Below are positions 1-12,000 of a stretch of DNA of 64,000 bases, piece after piece. The stretch is from Eledone cirrhosa (Eukaryota). The stretch spans positions 16,058,001 to 16,122,000 of the forward strand of contig OZ024766.1 in assembly GCA_964016885.1 (NCBI GenBank), written 5' to 3'. The notes under the pieces are model-generated. The model did not search any database, was not told the origin of the DNA, and saw only the letters and a program-made list of their open reading frames with translations. Made by a program: the position numbers and the translations under genes. How positions within the stretch are numbered: the first letter of the stretch is position 1; each line of letters begins with the position of its first letter.

Positions 1-3000
1 CTTCTTCCAATGTCAGTTGTCATACAGGTGTCCATGGCTGTCTTATTTAACTGGCTACTCCAGTGACTGCTCCTTCTAGTCTCTTCTTCCAATGTCAGTT
101 GTCATACAGGTGTCCATGGCTGACTTATTTAACTGGCTACTCCAGTGACTGCCCCTTCTAGTCTCTTCTTCCAATGTCAGTTGTCATACAGGTGTCCATG
201 GCTGTCTTATTTAACTGGCTACTTCAGTGACTGCTCCTTCTAGTCTCTTCTTCCAATGCCAGTTGTCATACAGGTGTCTATGGCTCTCTTATTTAACTGG
301 CTACTCCAGTGACTGCTCCTTCTAGTCCCTTCTTCCAATGTCAGTTATCATACAGGAGTCCATGGCTGTCTTATTTAACTGGCTACTCCAGTGACTGCTC
401 CATCTAGTCCCTTCTTCCAATGTCAGTTGTCATACAGGTGTCCATGGCTGTCTTATTTAACTGACTACTCCAGTGACTGCCCCTTCTAGTCCCTTCTTCC
501 AATGTCAGTTGTCATACAGGAGTCCATGGCTGTCTTATTTAACTAGCTACTCCAGTGACTGCTCCTTCTAATCCCTTCTTCCAATGTCAATTGTCATACA
601 GGTGTCCATGGCTGTCTTATTTAACTAGCTACTCCAGTGACTGCTCCTTCTAGTCTCTTCTTCCAATGTCAGTTGTCATACAGGTGTCCATGGCTGTCTT
701 ATTTATCTGGCTACTCCAGTGACTGCCCCTTCTAGTCCCTTCTTCCAATGTCAGTTGTCATACAGGTGTCCATGGCTGACTTATTTAACTGGCTACTCCA
801 GTGATTTCCCCTTCTAGTCACTTCTTCCAATGTCAGTTGTCATACAGGAGTCCATGACTGTCTTATTTAACTGGCTACTCCAGTGACTGCTCCTTCTAGT
901 CTCTTTATCCAACGTCAGTTGTCATACAGGAGTCCATGGCTGTCTTATTTAACTGGCTGCTCCGTTGACTGCTCCTTCTAGTCCCTTCTTCCAATGTCAG
1001 TTGTCATACAGGTGTCCATGGCTGTCTTATTTAATTGGCTACTCCAGTGACTGCTCCTTCTAATCCCTTCTTCCAATGTCAGTTCTCATACAGGTGTCAA
1101 TGGCTGTTATTTAACTGGCTACTCCAGTGACTGCTCCTTCTATTCCCTTCTTCCAAAGGCAGTTGTCATACAGGTGTCCAAAGCTGTCTTATTTAACTGG
1201 CTACTCCAGTGACTGCCCCTTCTAGTCCCTTCTTCCAATGTCAGTTGTCATACAGGTGTCCATGGCTGTCTTATTTAACTGGCTACTCCAGTGTCTTCTC
1301 CTTCTAGTCCCTTCTTCCAATGTCAGTTGTCATACAGGTGTGCATGGCTGTCATATAAAACTAGCTACTCCAGTGACTGGCCCTTCTAGTCCCTTCTTCC
1401 AATGTCAGTTGTCATACAGGTGTCCATGGCTGTCTTATTTAACTGGCCACGCCAGTGACTGCTCCCTCTAGTCCCTTCTTCCAATGTCAGTTGTCATACA
1501 GGAGTCCATGGCTGTCTTATTTAACTGGCTACTCCAGTGACTGCTCCTTCTAGTCCCTTCTTCCAATGTCAGTTGACATACAGAAGTCCATGGCTGTCTT
1601 ATTTAACTGGCTACTCCAGTGACTGCTCCTTCTAGTCTCTTTTTCCAATGTCAGTTGTCATACAGGTGTCCATGGCTATCTTATTTAACTGGCTACTCCA
1701 GTGATTGCCCCATCTAGTCTCTTCTTCCAACGTCAGTTGTCATACAGGAGTCCATGGCTGTCTTATTTAACTGGCTACTCCAGTGACTGCTCCTTCTAGT
1801 CCCTTCTTCCAATGTCAGTTGACATACAGAAGTCCATGGCTGTCTTATTTAACTGGCTACTCCAGTGACTGCTCCTTCTAGTCCCTTTTTCCAATGTCAG
1901 TTGTCATACAGGTTTCCATGGCTATCTTATTTAACTGGCTACTCCAGTGACTGTTCCTTCTAGTCCCTTCTTCCAATGTCAGTTGACATACAGAAGTCCA
2001 TGGCTGTCTTATTTAACTGGCTACTCCGGTGACTGCTCCTTCTAGTCTCTTTTTCCAATGTCAGTTGTCATACAGGAGTCCATGGCTGTCTTATTTAATT
2101 GGCTACTCCAGTGACTGCTCCTTCTAGTCTCTTCTTCCAATGTCAGTTGTCATACAGGTGTCCATGGCTGTCTTATTTAACTGGCTACTCCAGTGACTGC
2201 TCCTTCTAGTCTCTTCTTCCAATGTCAGTTGTCATACAGGTGTCCATGGCTGACTTATTTAACTGGCTACTCCAGTGACTGCTCCTGCTAGTCTCTTCTT
2301 CCAATGTCAGTTGACATACAGGAGTCCATGGCTATCTTATTTAACTGGCTACTCCAGTGATTGCCCCATCTAGTCTCTTCTTCCAATGTCAGTTGTCATA
2401 CAGGAGTACATGGCTGTCTTATTTAACTGGCTACTCCAGTGACTGCTCCTTCTATTCCCTTCTTCCAATGTTTTTTGTCATACAGGTGTCCATGGCTGTC
2501 TTATTTAACTGGCTACTACAGTGACTGCTCCTTCTAGTCCCTTCTTCCAATGTCACTTGTCATACAGGTGTCCATGGCTGTCTTATTTAACTGGCTACTC
2601 CAGTGACTGCTCCTAGTCTCTCCTTCCAATGTCAGTTGTCATACAGGAGTCCATGGCTGTCTTATTTAACTGGCTACTCCAGTGACTGCTCCTTCCAGTC
2701 TCTTCTTCCAATGTTAGTTGTCATACAGGTGTCCATGGCTGTCTTATTTAATTGGCCACTCCAGTGACTGCTCGCTCTAGTCCCTTCTTCCAATGTCAGT
2801 TGTCATACAGGAGTCCATGGCTGTCTTATTTAATTGGCCACTCCAGTGACTGCTCCCTCTAGTCCCTTCTTCCAACGTCAGTTGTCATACAGGAGTCCAT
2901 GGCTGTCTTATTTAACTGGCTACTCCAGTGACTGCTCCTTCTAGTCCCTTCTTCCAATCTCAGTTGTCATACAGAAGTCCATGGCTGTCTTATTTAACTG

Positions 3001-6000
3001 GCTACTCCAGTGACTGCTCCTTCTAGTCCCTTCTTCCAATATCAGTTGTCATATAGGTGTCCATGGCTGTTATTTAACTGGCTACTCCAGTGACTGCTCC
3101 TTCTAGTCCCTTCTTCCAATGTTAGTTGTCATACAGGTGTCCATGACTGTCTTATTTAACTGGCTACTCCAGTGACTGCTCCTTCTAGTCTCTCTTTCCA
3201 ATGTCAGTTGCCATACAGGAGTCCATGGCTGTCTTATTTAACTGGCTATTCCAGTGACTGCTCCTTCTAGTCCCTTCTTCCAATGTCAGTTGTCATACAG
3301 GTGTCCATGGCTGTCTTATTTAGCTGGCTACTCCAGTGACTGCTCCTTCTAGTCCCTTCTTCGATTGTTAGTTGTCATACAGGAGTCCATGACTGTCTTA
3401 TTTAAGTGGCTACTCCAGTGACTGCTCCTTCTAGCCCCTTCTGCCAATGTCAGTTGTCATACAGAAGTCCATGGCTGTCTTATTTAACTGGCTACTCCAG
3501 TGACTGCTCCTTCTAGTCTCTTCTGCCAATGTCAGTTGTCATACAGAAGTCCATGGCTGTCTTATTTAACTGGCTACTCCAGTGACTGCTCCTTCTAGTC
3601 TCTTCTTCCAATGTCAGTTGTCATACAGGAGTCCATGGCTGTCTTATTTAACTCGCTACTCCAGTGACTGCTCCTTCTAGTCCCTTCTTCCAATGTCAGT
3701 TGTCATACAGGTGTCCAAAGCTGTCTTATTTAACTGGCTACTCCAGTGACTGCCCCTTCTAGTCCCTTCTTCCAATGTCAGTTGTCATACAGGTGTCCAT
3801 GGCTGTCTTATTTAACTAGCTACTCCAGTGACTGCTCCTTCTAGTCCCTTCTTCCAATGTCAGTTGTCATACAGGTGTCCATGGCCATATTATTTAACTG
3901 GCTACTCCAGTGTCTTCTCCTTGTAGTCCCTTCTTCCAATGTCAATTGTCATACAGGTGTCCATGGCTGTCTTATTTAACTAGCTACTCCAGTGACTGCT
4001 CCTTCTAGTCTCTTCTTCCAATGTCAGTTGTCATACAGGTGTCCATGGCTGTCTTATTTAACTGGCTACTTCAGTGACTGCTCCTTCTAGTCTCTTCTTC
4101 CAATGCCAGTTGTCATACAGGTGTCTATGGCTCTCTTATTTAACTGGCTACTCCAGTGACTGCTCCTTCTAGTCCCTTCTTCCAATGTCAGTTATCATAC
4201 AGGTGTCCATGGCTGTCTTATTTAACTGGCTACTTCAGTGACTGCTCCTTCTAGTCTCTTCTTCCAATGCCAGTTGTCATACAGGTGTCTATGGCTCTCT
4301 TATTTAACTGGCTACGCCAGTGACTGCTCCCTCTAGTCCCTTCTTCCAATGTCAGTTATCATACAGGAGTCCATGGCTGTCTTATTTAACTGGCTACTCC
4401 AGTGACTGCTCCTTCTAGTCCCTTCTTCCAATGTCAGTTGACATACAGAAGTCCATGGCTGTCTTATTTAACTGGCTACTCCAGTGACTGCCCCTTCTAG
4501 TCCCTTCTTCCAATGTCAGTTGTCATACAGGAGTCCATGGCTGTCTTATTTAACTAGCTACTCCAGTGACTGCTCTTTCTAGTCCCTTCTTCCAATGTCA
4601 ATTGTCATACAGGTGTCCATGGCTGTCTTATTTAACTAGCTACTCCAGTGACTGCTCCTTCTAGTCCCTTCTTCCAATGTCAGTTGACATACAGAAGTCC
4701 ATGGCTGTCTTATTTAACTGGCTACTCCAGTGACTGCTCCTTCTAGTCCCTTCTTCCAATGTCAGTTGTCATACAGGTTTCCATGGCTGTCTTATTTAAC
4801 TAGCTACTCCAGTGACTGCTCCTTCTAGTCTCTTCTTCCAATGTCAGTTGTCATACAGGTGTCCATGGCTGTCTTATTTATCTGGCTACTCCAGTGACTG
4901 CCCCTTCTAGTCCCTTCTTCCAATGTCAGTTGTCATACAGGTGTCCATGGCTGACTTATTTAACTGGCTACTCCAGTGATTTCCCCTTCTAGTCACTTCT
5001 TCCAATGTCAGTTGTCATACAGGAGTCCATGACTGTCTTATTTAACTGGCTACTCCAGTGACTGCTCCTTCTAGTCTCTTTATCCAACGTCAGTTGTCAT
5101 ACAGGAGTCCATGGCTGTCTTATTTAACTGGCTGCTCCGTTGACTGCTCCTTCTAGTCCCTTCTTCCAATGTCAGTTGTCATACAGGTGTCCATGGCTGT
5201 CTTATTTAATTGGCTACTCCAGTGACTGCTCCTTCTAATCCCTTCTTCCAATGTCAGTTCTCATACAGGTGTCAATGGCTGTTATTTAACTGGCTACTCC
5301 AGTGACTGCTCCTTCTATTCCCTTCTTCCAAAGGCAGTTGTCATACAGGTGTCCAAAGCTGTCTTATTTAACTGGCTACTCCAGTGACTGCCCCTTCTAG
5401 TCCCTTCTTCCAATGTCAGTTGTCATACAGGTGTCCATGGCTGTCTTATTTAACTGGCTACTCCAGTGTCTTCTCCTTCTAGTCCCTTCTTCCAATGTCA
5501 GTTGTCATACAGGTGTGCATGGCTGTCATATAAAACTAGCTACTCCAGTGACTGCCCCTTCTAGTCCCTTCTTCCAATGTCAGTTGTCATACAGGTGTCC
5601 ATGGCTGTCTTATTTAACTGGCCACGCCAGTGACTGCTCCCTCTAGTCCCTTCTTCCAATGTCAGTTGTCATACAGGAGTCCATGGCTGTCTTATTTAAC
5701 TGGCTACTCCAGTGACTGCTCCTTCTAGTCCCTTCTTCCAATGTCAGTTGACATACAGAAGTCCATGGCTGTCTTATTTAACTGGCTACTCCAGTGACTG
5801 CTCCTTCTAGTCTCTTTTTCCAATGTCAGTTGTCATACAGGTGTCCATGGCTATCTTATTTAACTGGCTACTCCAGTGATTGCCCCATCTAGTCTCTTCT
5901 TCCAACGTCAGTTGTCATACAGGAGTCCATGGCTGTCTTATTTAACTGGCTACTCCAGTGACTGCTCCTTCTAGTCCCTTCTTCCAATGTCAGTTGACAT

Positions 6001-9000
6001 ACAGAAGTCCATGGCTGTCTTATTTAACTGGCTACTCCAGTGACTGCTCCTTCTAGTCCCTTTTTCCAATGTCAGTTGTCATACAGGTTTCCATGGCTAT
6101 CTTATTTAACTGGCTACTCCAGTGACTGTTCCTTCTAGTCCCTTCTTCCAATGTCAGTTGACATACAGAAGTCCATGGCTGTCTTATTTAACTGGCTACT
6201 CCGGTGACTGCTCCTTCTAGTCTCTTTTTCCAATGTCAGTTGTCATACAGGGGTCCATGGCTGTCTTATTTAATTGGCTACTCCAGTGACTGCTCCTTCT
6301 AGTCTCTTCTTCCAATGTCAGTTGTCATACAGGTGTCCATGGCTGTCTTATTTAACTGGCTACTCCAGTGACTGCTCCTTCTAGTCTCTTCTTCCAATGT
6401 CAGTTGTCATACAGGTGTCCATGGCTGACTTATTTAACTGGCTACTCCAGTGACTGCTCCTGCTAGTCTCTTCTTCCAATGTCAGTTGACATACAGGAGT
6501 CCATGGCTATCTTATTTAACTGGCTACTCCAGTGATTGCCCCATCTAGTCTCTTCTTCCAATGTCAGTTGTCATACAGGAGTACATGGCTGTCTTATTTA
6601 ACTGGCTACTCCAGTGACTGCTCCTTCTATTCCCTTCTTCCAATGTTTTTTGTCATACAGGTGTCCATGGCTGTCTTATCTAACTGGCTACTACAGTGAC
6701 TGCTCCTTCTAGTCCCTTCTTCCAATGTCACTTGTCATACAGGTGTCCATGGCTGTCTTATTTAACTGGCTACTCCAGTGACTGCTCCTAGTCTCTCCTT
6801 CCAATGTCAGTTGTCATACAGGAGTCCATGGCTGTCTTATTTAACTGGCTACTCCAGTGACTGCTCCTTCCAGTCTCTTCTTCCAATGTTAGTTGTCATA
6901 CAGGTGTCCATGGCTGTCTTATTTAATTGGCCACTCCAGTGACTGCTCGCTCTAGTCCCTTCTTCCAATGTCAGTTGTCATACAGGAGTCCATGGCTGTC
7001 TTATTTAATTGGCCACTCCAGTGACTGCTCCCTCTAGTCCCTTCTTCCAACGTCAGTTGTCATACAGGAGTCCATGGCTGTCTTATTTAACTGGCTACTC
7101 CAGTGACTGCTCCTTCTAGTCCCTTCTTCCAATCTCAGTTGTCATACAGAAGTCCATGGCTGTCTTATTTAACTGGCTACTCCAGTGACTGCTCCTTCTA
7201 GTCCCTTCTTCCAATATCAGTTGTCATATAGGTGTCCATGGCTGTTATTTAACTGGCTACTCCAGTGACTGCTCCTTCTAGTCCCTTCTTCCAATGTTAG
7301 TTGTCATACAGGTGTCCATGACTGTCTTATTTAACTGGCTACTCCAGTGACTGCTCCTTCTAGTCTCTCTTTCCAATGTCAGTTGCCATACAGGAGTCCA
7401 TGGCTGTCTTATTTAACTGGCTATTCCAGTGACTGCTCCTTCTAGTCCCTTCTTCCAATGTCAGTTGTCATACAGGTGTCCATGGCTGTCTTATTTAGCT
7501 GGCTACTCCAGTGACTGCTCCTTCTAGTCCCTTCTTCGATTGTTAGTTGTCATACAGGAGTCCATGACTGTCTTATTTAAGTGGCTACTCCAGTGACTGC
7601 TCCTTCTAGCCCCTTCTGCCAATGTCAGTTGTCATACAGAAGTCCATGGCTGTCTTATTTAACTGGCTACTCCAGTGACTGCTCCTTCTAGTCTCTTCTG
7701 CCAATGTCAGTTGTCATACAGAAGTCCATGGCTGTCTTATTTAACTGGCTACTCCAGTGACTGCTCCTTCTAGTCTCTTCTTCCAATGTCAGTTGTCATA
7801 CAGGAGTCCATGGCTGTCTTATTTAACTCGCTACTCCAGTGACTGCTCCTTCTAGTCCCTTCTTCCAATGTCAGTTGTCATACAGGTGTCCAAAGCTGTC
7901 TTATTTAACTGGCTACTCCAGTGACTGCCCCTTCTAGTCCCTTCTTCCAATGTCAGTTGTCATACAGGTGTCCATGGCTGTCTTATTTAACTAGCTACTC
8001 CAGTGACTGCTCCTTCTAGTCCCTTCTTCCAATGTCAGTTGTCATACAGGTGTCCAAAGCTGTCTTATTTAACTGGCTACTCCAGTGACTGCTCCTTCCA
8101 GTCTCTTCTTCCAATGTTAGTTGTCATACAGGTGTCCATGGCTGTCTTATTTAATTGGCCACTCCAGTGACTGCTCCCTCTAGTCCCTTCTTCCAATGTC
8201 AGTTGTCATACAGGAGTCCATGGCTGTCTTATTTAATTGGCCACTCCAGTGACTGCTCCCTCTAGTCCCTTCTTCCAATGTCAGTTGTCATACAGGAGTC
8301 CATGGCTGTCTTATTTAACTGGCTACTCCAGTGACTGCTCCTTCTAGTCCCTTCTTCCAATCTCAGTTGTCATACAGAAGTCCATGGCTGTCTTATTTAA
8401 CTGGCTACTCCAGTGACTGCTCCTTCTAGTCCCTTCTTCCAATATCAGTTGTCATATAGGTGTCCATGGCTGTTATTTAACTGGCTACTCCAGTGACTGC
8501 TCCTTCTAGTCCCTTCTTCCAATGTTAGTTGTCATACAGGTGTCCATGACTGTCTTATTTAACTGGCTACTCCAGTGACTGCTCCTTCTAGTCTCTTCTG
8601 CCAATGTCAGTTGTCATACAGAAGTCCATGGCTGTCTTATTTAACTGGCTACTCCAGTGACTGCTCCTTCTAGTCTCTTCTTCCAATGTCAGTTGTCATA
8701 CAGGAGTCCATGGCTGTCTTATTTAACTCGCTACTCCAGTGACTGCTCCTTCTAGTCCCTTCTTCCAATGTCAGTTGTCATACAGGTGTCCAAAGCTGTC
8801 TTATTTAACTGGCTACTCCAGTGACTGCCCCTTCTAGTCCCTTCTTCCAATGTCAGTTGTCATACAGGTGTCCATGGCTGTCTTATTTAACTAGCTACTC
8901 CAGTGACTGCTCCTTCTAGTCCCTTCTTCCAATGTCAGTTGTCATACAGGTGTCCATGGCCATATTATTTAACTGGCTACTCCAGTGTCTTCTCCTTCTA

Positions 9001-12000
9001 CTCCCTTCTTCCAATGTCAATTGTCATACAGGTGTCCATGGCTGTCTTATTTAACTAGCTACTCCAGTGACTGCTCCTTCTAGTCTCTTCTTCCAATGTC
9101 AGTTGTCATACAGGAGTCCATGGCTGTCTTATTTAATTGGCTACTCCAGTGACTGCTCCTTCTAGTCTCTTCTTCCAATGTCAGTTGTCATACAGGTGTC
9201 CATGGCTGTCTTATTTAACTGGCTACTTCAGTGACTGATCCTTCTAGTCTCTTCTTCCAATGCCAGTTGTCATACAGGTGTCTATGGCTCTCTTATTTAA
9301 CTGGCTACTCCAGTGACTGCTCCTTCTAGTCCCTTTTTCCAATGTCAGTTATCATACAGGTGTCCATGGCTGTCTTATTTAACTGGCTACTTCAGTGACT
9401 GCTCCTTCTAGTCTCTTCTTCCAATGCCAGTTGTCATACAGGTGTCTATGGCTCTCTTATTTAACTGGCTACGCCAGTGACTGCTCCCTCTAGTCCCTTC
9501 TTCCAATGTCAGTTATCATACAGGAGTCCATGGCTGTCTTATTTAACTGGCTACTCCAGTGACTGCTCCTTCTAGTCCCTTCTTCCAATGTCAGTTGACA
9601 TACAGAAGTCCATGGCTGTCGTATTTAACTGGCTACTCCAGTGACTGCCCCTTCTAGTCCCTTCTTCCAATGTCAGTTGTCATACAGGAGTCCATGGCTG
9701 TCTTATTTAACTAGCTACTCCAGTGACTGCTCCTTCTAGTCCCTTCTTCCAATGTCAATTGTCATACAGGTGTACATGGCTGTCTTATTTAACTAGCTAC
9801 TCCAGTGACTGCTCCTTCTAGTCCCTTCTTCCAACGTCAGTTGTCATACAGAAGTCCATGGCTGTCTTATTTAACTGGCTACTCCAGTGACTGCTCCTTC
9901 TAGTCCCTTCTTCCAATGTCAGTTGTCATACAGGTTTCCATGGCTATCTTATTTAACTGGCTACTCCAGTGACTGCTCCTTCTAGTCCCTTCTTCCAATG
10001 TCAGTTGACATACAGAAGTCCATGGCTGTCTTATTTAACTGGCTACTCCGGTGACTGCTCCTTCTAGTCTCTTTTTCCAATGTCAGTTGTCATACAGGAG
10101 TCCATGGCTGTCTTATTTAATTGGCTACTCCAGTGACTGCTCCTTCTAGTCTCTTCTTCAAATGTCAGTTGTCATACAGGTGTCCATGGCTGTCTTATTT
10201 AACTGGCTACTCCAGTGACTGCTCCTTCTAGTCTCTTCTTCCAATGTCAGTTGTCATACAGGTGTCCATGGCTGTCTTATTTAACTGGTTACTCCAGTGA
10301 CTGCCCCTTCTAGTCTCTTCTTCCAATGTCAGTTGTCATACAGGTGTCCATGGCTGTCTTATTTAACTGGCTACTCCAGTGACTGCTCCTTCTAGTCTCT
10401 TCTTCCAATGTCAGTTGTCATACAGGTGTCCATGGCTGACTTATTTAACTGGCTACTCCAGTGACTGCTCCTGCTAGTCTCTTCTTCCAATGTCAGTTGA
10501 CATACAGGAGTCCATGGCTATCTTATTTAACTGCCTACTCCAGTGATTGCCCCATCTAGTCTCTTCTTCCAATGTCAGTTGTCATACAGGAGTACATGGC
10601 TGTCTTATTTAACTGGCTACTCCAGTGACTGCTCCTTCTATTCCCTTCTTCCAATGTTTTTTGTCATACAGGTGTCCATGGCTGTCTTATTTAACTGGCT
10701 ACTACAGTGACTGCTCCTTCTAGTCCCTTCTTCCAATGTCACTTGTCATACAGGTGTCCATGGCTGTCTTATTTAACTGGCTACTCCAGTGACTGCTCCT
10801 AGTCTCTCCTTCCAATGTCAGTTATCATACAGGAGTCCATGGCTGTCTTATTTAACTGGCTACTCCAGTGACTGTTCCTTCCAGTCTCTTCTTCCAATGT
10901 TAGTTGTCATACAGGTGTCCATGGCTGTCTTATGTAATTGGCCACTCCAGTGACTGCTCCCTCTAGTCCCTTCTTCCAATGTCAGTTGTCATACAGGAGT
11001 CCATGGCTGTCTTATTTAATTGGCCACTCCAGTGACTGCTCCCTCTAGTCCCTTCTTCCAATGTTAGTTGTCATACAGGTGTCCATGGCTGTCTTATTTA
11101 ACTGGCCTACTCCAGTGACTGCTCCTTCTAGTCCCTTCTTCCAATGTTAGTTGTCATACAGGAGTCCATGGCTGTCTTATTTAATTGGCCACTCCAGTGA
11201 CTGCTCCCTCTAGTCCCTTCTTCCAATGTCAGTTGTCATACAGGAGTCCATGGCTGTCTTATTTAACTGGCTACTCCAGTGACTGCTCCTTCTAGTCCCT
11301 TCTTCCAATCTCAGTTGTCATACAGAAGTGCATGGCTGTCTTATTTAACTGGCTACTCCAGTGACTGCTCCTTCTAGTCCCTTCTTCCAATATCAGTTGT
11401 CATATAGGTGTCCATCGCTGTTATTTAACTGGCTACTCCAGTGACTGCTCCTTCTAGTCCCTTCTTCCAATGTTAGTTGTCATACAGGTGTCCATGACTG
11501 TCTTATTTAACTGGCTACTCCAGTGACTGCTCCTTCTAGTCTCTCTTTCCAATGTCAGTTGTCATACAGGAGTCCATGGCTGTCTTATTTAACTAGCTAC
11601 TCCAGTGACTGCTCCTTCTAGTCTCTTCTTCCAATGTCAGTTTTCATACAGGAGTCCATGGCTGTCTTATTTAATTGGCTACTCCAGTGACTGCTCCTTC
11701 TAGTCCCTTCTTCGATTGTTAGTTGTCATACAGGAGTCCATGACTGTCTTATTTAAGTGGCTACTCCAGTGACTGCTCCTTCTAGCCCCTTCTGCCAATG
11801 TCAGTTGTCATACAGAAGTCCATGGCTGTCTTATTTAACTGGCTACTCCAGTGACTGCTCCTTCTAGTCTCTTCTGCCAATGTCAGTTGTCATACAGAAG
11901 TCCATGGCTGTCTTATTTAACTGGCTACTCCAGTGACTGCTCCTTCTAGTCTCTTCTTCCAATGTCAGTTGTCATACAGGAGTCCATGGCTGTCTTATTT

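Noticed and set aside
1-82. Satellite derived from the zinc-finger repeat
   Set aside because: Shared words are not colinear, while the whole monomer is explained in register by the flanking Helitron frame.
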